Below are positions 19,177 to 28,040 of a DNA stretch of 41,204 bases, in pieces. The notes beneath the pieces were generated by a model. The model was not told the DNA's origin and did not search any database. It saw nothing but the letters and a program-made list of their open reading frames with translations. The position numbers and the translations under genes were made by a program. Positions within the stretch are counted from its first letter, which is position 1, and the number at the start of each line of letters is the position of its first letter. Source of the stretch: a virus (lineage: Duplodnaviria; Caudoviricetes); the IMG/VR virus record IMGVR_UViG_3300043391_000272, positions 1 to 41,204 of that record. One strand, 5' to 3'.

Positions 19177-19250
19177 ATGATCATTGATATATACTAATGA
19201 TGTTGCCTTCGGGGACATTATTAACTTACAGACGCTCAAGGAGGTCTATT

Positions 19251-19700
19251 ATGTTTGGAACAGGAGCAAGTTCGATTACACTCTCAGTACCAGAAACTGC
19301 AAAGTATCTGATGGAGATTCAAAGAAATAGTATTGGATTGGATGAATGGTTTAAAAGGTTTGATACTGCGTATGAATCGCATACCAACTATCCACCATAC
19401 AATCTAATCAAAGAAAGTAATGTCGATTTCAGATTGGAAATCGCACTTGCCGGATACAAAAGAGAAGATATTGAAGTCACTACAGAATGGAATAAACTTT
19501 TTGTAGAAGCAAAGAAAGTTAGTGATACTGATGATGAATATCTACATCAAGGATTGGCAAAGAGGGCATTCACCCGTACCTGGACTCTTTCTGATGATGT
19601 AGAAGTTTGTGATACTGAATTTGTTGATGGACTTCTCACTATTAAAATTAAAAGAGTGATTCCAGAGCATCAGAAAAAGAAGGTTTATGAACTTAAATAA
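19251..19700 (+). CDS. hsp20: Small heat-shock protein Hsp20
   Basis: NYPPYNL, LEIALAGY, YLHQGLAKRAF, DGLL; AAGGAGG RBS before ATG 19251. Confidence 0.95.
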   Translation: MFGTGASSITLSVPETAKYLMEIQRNSIGLDEWFKRFDTAYESHTNYPPYNLIKESNVDFRLEIALAGYKREDIEVTTEWNKLFVEAKKVSDTDDEYLHQGLAKRAFTRTWTLSDDVEVCDTEFVDGLLTIKIKRVIPEHQKKKVYELK

Positions 19701-19723
19701 ATAGAATTGAATATTGTTGCCGC

Positions 19724-19776
19724 AGGGAGGTAACTGGCAAAATCCAGTTGCACCTCCCTTTTTTTTGTGCTATAAT
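19724..19776 (+). promoter_or_regulatory. Long terminator hairpin overlapping a sigma70 promoter
   Basis: GGGAGG-TAACTGG-loop-CCAGTTG-CA-CCTCCC-T8; TTGCAC(19748)-17-TATAAT(19771). Confidence 0.8.
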
Positions 19777-19797
19777 GACTTGAGAGGAAACCTAAAA

Positions 19798-20127
19798 ATG
19801 TCTGTAAAGATTGCTCTATTAAAATCCGGAGAATCAGTAATTGCTGATATTAAGGAGTTGATTTCTGACGAAAAGGTATGTGGATATCTTTTTACAAATC
19901 CCCATAAGATTGAAGTCAGTAACTCAGTCTTCTTAACAGAACAACCTACAGAATCTGATTCTGTGAGTATTACGTTCTCTTCCTGGATTCTCTTCACAAG
20001 TGATGATGAGATTCCAGTTCGACCAGACTGGATTGTAACTATTGTTGAACCAGTCAAAACTATTAAAGAAATGTATGAGGAAAAGGTAAATGGAACGGAA
20101 CGTGAAGTGTCTTCTATTGAAGGTTGA
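19798..20127 (+). CDS. Conserved hypothetical protein
   Basis: MSVKIALLKSGESVIADI; GAGGA RBS; usual position between hsp20 and gp43. Confidence 0.75.
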   Translation: MSVKIALLKSGESVIADIKELISDEKVCGYLFTNPHKIEVSNSVFLTEQPTESDSVSITFSSWILFTSDDEIPVRPDWIVTIVEPVKTIKEMYEEKVNGTEREVSSIEG

Positions 20128-20347
20128 CACAGTATTGATTACTGAAATTGTTGAGGTGGGTTCTGAACTTGGAGAACCTGATTGTAAACTGATTAATCCT
20201 TATCAGTTTTTTGGTGAAGATGACCTTCAACCTTGGAACGAAGAAGTTACGAATCAAACTGAATTTATGATTCATTCTGATAGTATTCTTACAATTGCAG
20301 AACCAACCCCTGAAATTATTGAAAAGTATCTTGAACTAACTGCCTAA
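20090..20347 (+). CDS. Conserved hypothetical protein
   Basis: ELGEPDCKLINP motif; stop overlaps the gp43 start. Confidence 0.75.
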   Translation: MERNVKCLLLKVDTVLITEIVEVGSELGEPDCKLINPYQFFGEDDLQPWNEEVTNQTEFMIHSDSILTIAEPTPEIIEKYLELTA

Positions 20348-22842
20348 TGAGATTTTATACAAACGTTCAGATGGTCGGGGATTACTTCTTAATTCGTGGT
20401 TATGAAAATGGTCAAAGTTTCATGACCCGTGAGAAGTTTTCTCCGACTCTTTTTGTCCCTTCTAAAAAACAAACAAAATATAAGACACTGAACGGTGAAT
20501 GTGTGGAACCAATTCAACCTGGTTCTGTACGTGATTGTCGTGAGTTTATCAAGACGTATGATGGTGTACAGAGTTTTAAGATTTATGGAAACGACCGATA
20601 CATCTATCAATATATCTCTGATAATTATCCAGAAGAGCAAATCAAGTTTGATATTTCTAAAATCAAACTAGTAACAATTGACATTGAGGTTGCATCCGAA
20701 AATGGATTCCCTGATGTAGCAAGTGCTGCAGAGGAAATGCTTCTGGTTACAATTCAGGATTATAATACAAAAAAAATCACAACTTGGGGTGTAGGTCCAT
20801 TTCAGAATAATCAAAAGAATGTTGAGTATCGTCAGTTCTCTACTGAATATGATATGCTCAATGACTTCATTCATTGGTGGATGAATAATACACCAGAGAT
20901 TGTAACTGGATGGAACAACCAGTTGTACGATATGCCATACATTGCTCGTCGTATGGATAGGATTCTGGGTGAGAAGTTGATGAAACGTTTGTCTCCTTGG
21001 GGACTTGTAACAGAATCTGAAATATTCATTGCCGGTCGTAAACAGATTGTTTATGATATTGGTGGAGTGACTCAACTGGATTATCTGGAGTTGTATAAGA
21101 AGTTTACTTATACTAATCAAGAATCATATCGTCTTGACCACATTGCTAGTGTAGAACTTAATCAGAATAAATTGGACCACAGTGAGTTTGATACGTTCAA
21201 AGATTTCTATACCAATGGTTGGCAGAAGTTTGTAGAATACAACATCATTGACGTAGAACTTGTTGACCGATTGGAAGACAAGATGAAGTTGATTGAACTC
21301 GCACTTACGATGGCATATGATGCCAAGGTAAACTATGCCGATGTATTCTTTCAAGTTCGTATGTGGGACACAATTATCTACAACTATCTTAAGAGTCGTA
21401 ATATAGTAATTCCTCCAAAGGAAAGGACTGATAAGGATGCCAAGTATGCTGGTGCTTATGTAAAGGAACCAATTCCTGGTAAGTATGATTGGGTGGTGAA
21501 CTTTGACCTTAATTCATTGTATCCTCACTTGATTATGCAATACAACATCTCCCCAGAAACTCTTTTGGATGAAAAGCATCCATCGGTTACGGTTGATAAA
21601 ATCCTAAACCAAGATATTACTTTTGAGAAGTATAGTGATTATGCGGTCTGTGCCAATGGTGCAATGTATCGCAAAGATGTTCGTGGATTTCTCCCAGAAC
21701 TAATGGAGAAGATGTATAACGAACGTGTCATTTTCAAAAAGAAAATGATTGAGGCAAAGAAGCAGTATGAGAAAACTCCAACTAATGCTCTCGTTAAGGA
21801 AATTGCCAGATGTAATAACGTTCAGATGGCAAAAAAGATTTCTCTTAATAGTGCTTATGGTGCTATCGGCAATCAGTACTTCCGTTATTTTAAACTAGCA
21901 AATGCCGAGGCAATCACACTTTCTGGACAAGTTTCAATTCGTTGGATTGAAGAAAAAATTAACAAGTACCTAAACAAAATTCTTAAAACAAATGATGTTG
22001 ACTATGTTATTGCTTCAGATACTGATTCTATCTACCTTAATATGGGTCCTTTGGTGGAGACTGTATACAATGGAAGAGAAAAAACTACTGAAAGCGTTGT
22101 GTCGTTCCTTGATAAGGTCGCTCAGGTGGAACTTGAAAAATATATTGAAGGTTGCTACCAAGAATTGGCGGACTATGTGAACGCATACGACCAGAAGATG
22201 CAGATGAAACGGGAGAATATTGCCGACCGTGGAATCTGGACTGCTAAGAAACGTTATATCTTGAATGTTTGGGATAGTGAAGGTGTTCGTTATGAGCAAC
22301 CTAAACTCAAGATGATGGGTATTGAGGCAGTCAAATCTTCTACTCCTGCTCCTTGTCGTCAAATGATTAAAGATGGTCTGAAGATTATGATGAGTGGTAC
22401 AGAAGAGCAAGTTATTGAGTATATTGATAACTGCAGAACCGAGTTTAAGAAACTTCCTCCAGAACAGATTGCTTTCCCAAGGACAGCATCTGATGTTCGT
22501 AAGTATCGTTCTCATTCCGACATTTATGCTAAGGGCACTCCCATTCATGTTCGGGGAGCACTTCTCTTCAATCATTATATTGGGGAGAAGAACCTGACAA
22601 ATAAATATTCACTTATTGGTAATGGTGAAAAGATTAAGTTCATCTATCTTAAAAAACCTAATATTATTCAGGAGAATATTATCTCCTTTATCCAAGACTT
22701 TCCTACAGAACTCGGTCTTGACAAATACATCGATTATGAACTACAATTTGAAAAGAGTTTTGTAGAACCACTCAAAGCAATCCTTGATGCAATTGGGTGG
22801 AATGTAGAAAAGACTGTAAACCTTGATTTATTTTTTACCTGA
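20347..22842 (+). CDS. gp43: Family B DNA polymerase
   Basis: DIE exonuclease motif, FDLNSLYP, KISLNSAYG, SDTDS, KKRY; uninterrupted. Confidence 0.99.
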   Translation: MRFYTNVQMVGDYFLIRGYENGQSFMTREKFSPTLFVPSKKQTKYKTLNGECVEPIQPGSVRDCREFIKTYDGVQSFKIYGNDRYIYQYISDNYPEEQIKFDISKIKLVTIDIEVASENGFPDVASAAEEMLLVTIQDYNTKKITTWGVGPFQNNQKNVEYRQFSTEYDMLNDFIHWWMNNTPEIVTGWNNQLYDMPYIARRMDRILGEKLMKRLSPWGLVTESEIFIAGRKQIVYDIGGVTQLDYLELYKKFTYTNQESYRLDHIASVELNQNKLDHSEFDTFKDFYTNGWQKFVEYNIIDVELVDRLEDKMKLIELALTMAYDAKVNYADVFFQVRMWDTIIYNYLKSRNIVIPPKERTDKDAKYAGAYVKEPIPGKYDWVVNFDLNSLYPHLIMQYNISPETLLDEKHPSVTVDKILNQDITFEKYSDYAVCANGAMYRKDVRGFLPELMEKMYNERVIFKKKMIEAKKQYEKTPTNALVKEIARCNNVQMAKKISLNSAYGAIGNQYFRYFKLANAEAITLSGQVSIRWIEEKINKYLNKILKTNDVDYVIASDTDSIYLNMGPLVETVYNGREKTTESVVSFLDKVAQVELEKYIEGCYQELADYVNAYDQKMQMKRENIADRGIWTAKKRYILNVWDSEGVRYEQPKLKMMGIEAVKSSTPAPCRQMIKDGLKIMMSGTEEQVIEYIDNCRTEFKKLPPEQIAFPRTASDVRKYRSHSDIYAKGTPIHVRGALLFNHYIGEKNLTNKYSLIGNGEKIKFIYLKKPNIIQENIISFIQDFPTELGLDKYIDYELQFEKSFVEPLKAILDAIGWNVEKTVNLDLFFT

Positions 22843-22982
22843 TGGAATTGCCTGTTAATGAAAAAGAATTGAATACTATTATTAGTGCATTGAAATTGGG
22901 TGGAGATGTTGCACTATATCAAAAACTTTGGACTTATAAAATGAATTATCTTGACAAACAAAATTCAGTGGAGAATAAGTAA
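22842..22982 (+). CDS. 46-aa hypothetical protein (absent from the ORF track)
   Basis: Manual translation [46 protein letters not shown]; TGATG coupling; fills the gp43-uvsX gap. Confidence 0.7.
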   Translation: MELPVNEKELNTIISALKLGGDVALYQKLWTYKMNYLDKQNSVENK

Positions 22983-22984
22983 TT

Positions 22985-23989
22985 ATGGATTTTCTTAAAG
23001 ATATTGTAAAAGAAATTGGTGGGGAATACACACAACTTGCATCAGATATTGATGAAACTGAAACTTTTGTGGACACGGGTTCGTACATATTTAATGCTCT
23101 TGTATCTGGGAGTATCTTTGGTGGTGTATCTGGTAACAAAATCACTGCAATTGCAGGTGAAAGTAGTACTGGAAAAACTTTCTTTAGTTTGGCAGTGGTC
23201 AAAAATTTTCTTGATAATAATCCTACTGGATACTGCTTGTATTTTGATACTGAAGCTGCAATCACCAGATCCTTATTGGAAAGCAGAGGCATCGACACAA
23301 CTAGAGTCGTGGTGGTCAATGTTGTTACAGTTGAAGAGTTTCGTGGTAAGGCACTGAAAGCAGTTGACCTTTACTTGAAGAAACCAGAAGGAGAACGCAA
23401 TGCTTGCATGTTTGTGCTAGACTCTCTGGGTATGCTTTCAACCAGTAAGGAGATTAATGATGCTTTGAATGATAAGGAGGTTAGGGATATGACCAAATCC
23501 CAACTGATTAAAGGTGCATTTAGGATGCTTACCTTGAAATTGGGACAAGCAAAGATTCCTATGATTGTAACTAATCACACTTATGATGTTATTGGTTCTT
23601 ATGTTCCAATGAAGGAAATGGGTGGTGGCAGTGGACTCAAGTATGCCGCATCTTCTATTATCTATCTTTCTAAAAAGAAAGAAAAGGATGGAACTGATGT
23701 GATTGGTAATATTATTAAATGCAAAACTCAAAAATCACGTTTGAGTAAGGAGAACCAAGATGTTGAAGTTCGTCTTTATTATGATGAACGTGGTCTTGAT
23801 AAGTATTATGGTTTGCTTGAATTGGGTGAACTTGGTGGTATGTGGAAGAACGTTGCAGGACGTTATGAGATTGATGGTAAAAAAATCTATGCAAAACAAA
23901 TCCTAGCAAATCCTGAAGAATACTTCACCGAAGAAGTAATGCAAAAACTTGATGTAATTGCCAAGGGTCAGTTTAGTTATGGTGCATGA
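22985..23989 (+). CDS. uvsX: RecA-like recombinase UvsX
   Basis: [24 protein letters not shown]. Confidence 0.97.
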   Translation: MDFLKDIVKEIGGEYTQLASDIDETETFVDTGSYIFNALVSGSIFGGVSGNKITAIAGESSTGKTFFSLAVVKNFLDNNPTGYCLYFDTEAAITRSLLESRGIDTTRVVVVNVVTVEEFRGKALKAVDLYLKKPEGERNACMFVLDSLGMLSTSKEINDALNDKEVRDMTKSQLIKGAFRMLTLKLGQAKIPMIVTNHTYDVIGSYVPMKEMGGGSGLKYAASSIIYLSKKKEKDGTDVIGNIIKCKTQKSRLSKENQDVEVRLYYDERGLDKYYGLLELGELGGMWKNVAGRYEIDGKKIYAKQILANPEEYFTEEVMQKLDVIAKGQFSYGA

Positions 23990-24531
23990 AAAACATCAGA
24001 ATTATACAAACTGGTGTCGATGTATCCAAGATACTACAACAACTTAAACAATATCCAGAGGATTGGGGTTCCCAAAAGAATCTTCGAGATGCTGAACAAT
24101 TGGATCCCACAGAATACACTGTAACTGTTGATGTTTTACAACTTATAGTCGGTGGAGTTGAAACAGAGGATCAGTATGTTGGCAATAGTGAAATCTGTAT
24201 TCAAACCCCGGCATATGAGAAACATACAGAGATTCTTAATTACTTGGGGAAGTATTTTAAGAAACTTCGTCGTTGTGCTTTTTTATCCCTTCCTGTTGGC
24301 CAAATAGTCGGAACTCATATTGATGAAGGAACTTATTATCTTACAAAAGATAGATATCACCTTTCCATTCAGGGAAAATATGAGTATAATGTGGGAGATG
24401 AAAGAATAATTGTTGAACCAGGAACACTCTTTTGGTTTAATAATAAACTTCCACATAGTGCAGTGAATATTGGAGACAACGTTAGGATTACATTTGTATT
24501 TGACGTACCTCATCATAAGAAAAACTTATAG
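23986..24531 (+). CDS. 2OG-Fe(II) oxygenase, Asp/Asn beta-hydroxylase-like
   Basis: [26 protein letters not shown] (HxD...H triad). Confidence 0.8.
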   Translation: MKNIRIIQTGVDVSKILQQLKQYPEDWGSQKNLRDAEQLDPTEYTVTVDVLQLIVGGVETEDQYVGNSEICIQTPAYEKHTEILNYLGKYFKKLRRCAFLSLPVGQIVGTHIDEGTYYLTKDRYHLSIQGKYEYNVGDERIIVEPGTLFWFNNKLPHSAVNIGDNVRITFVFDVPHHKKNL

Positions 24532-24539
24532 TTAAAACA

Positions 24540-25916
24540 ATGGAACGACTTGAACATACGATTTTACGAAATCTTGTATATAATGAAGACTACTCTAGAA
24601 AAGTTATACCTTTCATACAACCCGAATATTTTGAGCAAAGATCTGAAAAAGTAATCTTTGAGGAAATTGTTCATTTTATTGTTAAGTATAATTCTGCAAT
24701 TACTAAAGAAGCACTTGGTATTGAGATTGAGAATCGGGTTGATTTAACCGAGACTGATATTAAAGATATTCGTGAGGTGTGTGAAACACTTAACGATTCA
24801 GTAGTGGAGAAGCAATGGTTGCTAGATACTACTGAGAAGTGGTGTCGTGACAGAGCAATTTATCTTGCTCTGATGGAATCAATTCATATTGCAGATGGTA
24901 ATGATGGAAATAAGAATAGGGACGCAATTCCTAGCATTCTTTCCGATGCCCTAGCAGTATCTTTTGATAATAACATCGGACACGACTATCTTCAAAATTA
25001 TGAGGGACGTTATGAGTTTTATCACAGAAAAGAAGATAAGATCGAATTTGATCTGGAATATTTCAACAAAATCACAAAAGGTGGTATACCTAATAAGACT
25101 CTCAATATTGCTCTCGCTGGTACGGGAGTCGGTAAGTCCCTCTTCATGTGCCATGTTGCTAGTTCCGCGTTGTTACAAGGCAGGAACGTACTCTACATCA
25201 CTCTTGAGATGGCGGAAGAGAGAATTGCAGAAAGAATTGATGCAAACCTTCTCAATGTCCCGATTCAGCAATTGGTTGACCTCCCACGTTCAACATTTGA
25301 AAACAAAGTAACAAGTCTATCTAAGAAAACTCAAGGATCTCTTATCATTAAAGAGTATCCTACTGCTTCGGCACACTCGGGACATTTCAAGGCACTCTTA
25401 AATGAACTTGCTCTTAAGAAATCATTCAGACCTGATATTATTTTTATTGACTACCTTAATATCTGTGCTTCCAGTAGGCATAAGGCAAATGGTTCTGCAA
25501 ATTCTTATTCATATATCAAGTCAATTGCAGAAGAACTTCGTGGTTTGGCAGTCGAATTCAATGTTCCCATTGTTTCAGCTACCCAGACTACTCGTAGTGG
25601 TTATGGGAACTCTGATGTTGAACTTACTGATACTAGTGAGTCCTTTGGTCTCCCTGCTACTGCTGATCTTATGTTTGCCCTTATTTCTACTGAAGAGTTG
25701 GAGGGGTTAGGGCAGATTATGGTCAAACAGTTAAAGAATCGTTACAATGACCCAACAGTATTCAAACGTTTTGTGGTTGGTATTGACCGTGCAAAGATGA
25801 GACTTTATGATGTAGAGCAATCTGCACAAAAAGACATAGTTGACAGTGGACAAGAAGAAGAGTATAATTATGAAGAAAACAAATCTAAAAAATCATTCGA
25901 AGGATTTAAGTTTTAA
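24540..25916 (+). CDS. gp41: Replicative DNA helicase
   Basis: AGTGVGKS, LEMAEE, IDYLNI, SESFGLP, QLKNRY. Confidence 0.97.
   Translation: MERLEHTILRNLVYNEDYSRKVIPFIQPEYFEQRSEKVIFEEIVHFIVKYNSAITKEALGIEIENRVDLTETDIKDIREVCETLNDSVVEKQWLLDTTEKWCRDRAIYLALMESIHIADGNDGNKNRDAIPSILSDALAVSFDNNIGHDYLQNYEGRYEFYHRKEDKIEFDLEYFNKITKGGIPNKTLNIALAGTGVGKSLFMCHVASSALLQGRNVLYITLEMAEERIAERIDANLLNVPIQQLVDLPRSTFENKVTSLSKKTQGSLIIKEYPTASAHSGHFKALLNELALKKSFRPDIIFIDYLNICASSRHKANGSANSYSYIKSIAEELRGLAVEFNVPIVSATQTTRSGYGNSDVELTDTSESFGLPATADLMFALISTEELEGLGQIMVKQLKNRYNDPTVFKRFVVGIDRAKMRLYDVEQSAQKDIVDSGQEEEYNYEENKSKKSFEGFKF
25840..25868 (+). promoter_or_regulatory. Sigma70 promoter for mazG inside gp41
   Basis: TTGACA-17nt-TATAAT. 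Confidence 0.8.
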
Positions 25917-25918
25917 AT

Positions 25919-26326
25919 ATGGCAACTATTGAACCTAATAAGTATATTGAATTTGTTCGTCAAACCACTAGTCCGGCAAGTAGTGAATATCCAAAACTTG
26001 TTGATCGTTTGAATGAACTGAAAGCACAAGGTGCTGATGTTTCTCGTCTGATGACTGCTGCATTTGGTATGAGTGCCGAAGCAGGTGAATTTACCGAAGT
26101 GGTCAAAAAGATTTTTCTTCAAGGCAAACCTTATAATGAAGAGAATATCTTTCACATGAAGCGTGAACTTGGAGACCTTTGTTGGTATCTTGCACAAGCA
26201 TGTATGGCACTTGATATTAATTTTGAGCAAGTTCTTGAAATGAACTATGAGAAACTGAGTGCTCGTTATCCAGAAGGTGCTTTTGATGTTTATCGTTCTG
26301 AAAATAGAAAAGATGGAGATGTGTAA
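25919..26326 (+). CDS. mazG: MazG nucleotide pyrophosphohydrolase
   Basis: EAGEFTEVVKK, ELGDLCWY, NYEKLSARYP. Confidence 0.93.
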   Translation: MATIEPNKYIEFVRQTTSPASSEYPKLVDRLNELKAQGADVSRLMTAAFGMSAEAGEFTEVVKKIFLQGKPYNEENIFHMKRELGDLCWYLAQACMALDINFEQVLEMNYEKLSARYPEGAFDVYRSENRKDGDV

Positions 26327-26362
26327 AAATTGCACATAAATAAATGACCCTTCGGGGTTCTC

Positions 26363-26435
26363 GGGGAATTAGCTCAGTTGGTAGAGCGCGGTCTTTGCAA
26401 GGCTGATGTCAGGAGTTCGAGTCTCCTATTCTCCA
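26363..26435 (+). tRNA. tRNA-Ala(UGC), CCA not encoded
   Basis: Full cloverleaf; G3:U70 alanine identity pair; anticodon loop TT-TGC-AA; T-loop TTCGAGT. Confidence 0.95.
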
Positions 26436-26457
26436 TTCTAAATACTTAAAAAGTCTT

Positions 26458-27792
26458 ATGACGGATTCAGAAATACTACTTGCACTTAATAGTATATTAT
26501 CTTCATATCAAACAAAAGTTGTTAAGGCTGGTCCAAAAGTTGATAAAATAAGAATAGTATCCGCACAGAGAGGTGAGGATCAAAGTAATATATCAAAACA
26601 ATTAAAATCTAAAAAGATAAGTTATAAGAATGAAATTGATAAGAGTGAATCATCATTTCCTGTAACTAAAATTATATTGCCCAAATCAAATTCAATGATA
26701 AAATTAATATATAAAAAATCTGGTGGAGGTGGATCAGGTGCTGGTGCAGCACTTACAAAGTTGACCGAATGTGCTCAAGCACTTTATGCATCATTAGTGT
26801 TTAATGTTCTAAAACGAGAAATGAATATTAATGATGTGACAAAAGATAATTTTGCAAAGGCAATGGCAACTGCAAGTATTGACACATCATTTCAAAGTAT
26901 ATTAAATGATTTACCCGATGACTGGATAAACTCTTCAATTGCTGGTGCCAATTCATTATTCAGGAAGTTTAGGGGTAAGGGAAATTTTACTTTTCATAGA
27001 GGGTCTACTCAAGTTAATCTTATCGAATCTACTTTTACTCGTATTAATAAAGAAGAAAAGGCATTTGGCAATCTGAATAAATGGAGTCCAGCAGATATTT
27101 ACATTATCAACAATGGTGCCAATCTAAATCAAATTAGTAGTGAAGCAACTCTAAAGGGGTTAAACATAAAAATGTTTGAACTCATTAGAAATAATGATAT
27201 TATTGGAGTTTCGTTGAAAAAAATAGTCGGTGGTGCTGCAATATCTCAGAAAAATTTTCCAACAGATACTAGGGCAATTAAAGCAAAATTTCGTGGAATG
27301 ACTACCAATTTGGATGCTATGGATGGTTATATTCAGTGGGGATCTTCTCCATCAGAAAAAATCCAATTTAGAAGTTTTGGTGGAGAAAGTTCATTGACTG
27401 GATGGCAGGGTGAAATTAAAGGAACTTCGGCAAATCAAGGTAAAATTTCTCTTGGCCCAATTAATTTTATTTTAAAGAGGCACGGATTAAAACAACTTCC
27501 AACTTCAGCACAATCTGCATCTTTAGCATCAAAAAATAGTATAGACCATTGTAGAACTATTGCAGAAATGATGTCTCGTAATGGGGTGATACCACCTCAA
27601 CAAATAGAAGAGACTGCAAAAACTATTCAGTTAAAATCAAATAAGTATAGATATTCAAAATATCTTGTTATGAAATTATTTGAAATATTTTCTTCTGCAC
27701 CAGCAAATTTAAAAGATGAGGTAGTTCAAGATTTCTATTTGTATGCTAGTTCTCAGGCAGTATATTCGGCACCATATTATAAGATGGAATGA
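26458..27792 (+). CDS. Putative PD-(D/E)xK-like endonuclease
   Basis: TECAQ..KWSPADIY..IIGVSLKK pattern; basic and AT-rich; TAAATA at 26439. Confidence 0.55.
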   Translation: MTDSEILLALNSILSSYQTKVVKAGPKVDKIRIVSAQRGEDQSNISKQLKSKKISYKNEIDKSESSFPVTKIILPKSNSMIKLIYKKSGGGGSGAGAALTKLTECAQALYASLVFNVLKREMNINDVTKDNFAKAMATASIDTSFQSILNDLPDDWINSSIAGANSLFRKFRGKGNFTFHRGSTQVNLIESTFTRINKEEKAFGNLNKWSPADIYIINNGANLNQISSEATLKGLNIKMFELIRNNDIIGVSLKKIVGGAAISQKNFPTDTRAIKAKFRGMTTNLDAMDGYIQWGSSPSEKIQFRSFGGESSLTGWQGEIKGTSANQGKISLGPINFILKRHGLKQLPTSAQSASLASKNSIDHCRTIAEMMSRNGVIPPQQIEETAKTIQLKSNKYRYSKYLVMKLFEIFSSAPANLKDEVVQDFYLYASSQAVYSAPYYKME

Positions 27793-28040
27793 TGAAAGAC
27801 CTTCAACTATTCATTGATAATGTTATTGATATCTTTACTACAAAAAAATCAACTTCAAAAGAAATCTTTAAAGATTTTGTTTCTTATTTCTACTTTACAA
27901 TAGATAATAAAATTAACTCAACCAAGCAGGAATCTATAAAGAATAAATATATAAAGATTAGACAAAGTGCTATAAGATACATTGTTGCTAATGAAAAGGC
28001 AATAACTTCTGAAATTTGTAGGAATCAAAGAAATAAGTAA
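27789..28040 (+). CDS. Hypothetical protein
   Basis: 83-aa ORF coupled to both neighbours. Confidence 0.6.
   Translation: MMKDLQLFIDNVIDIFTTKKSTSKEIFKDFVSYFYFTIDNKINSTKQESIKNKYIKIRQSAIRYIVANEKAITSEICRNQRNK

Noticed and set aside
22718-22747. TTGACA-18-TACAAT internal promoter in gp43
   Set aside because: Plausible but with suboptimal spacing and inside conserved coding sequence; not enough support to list
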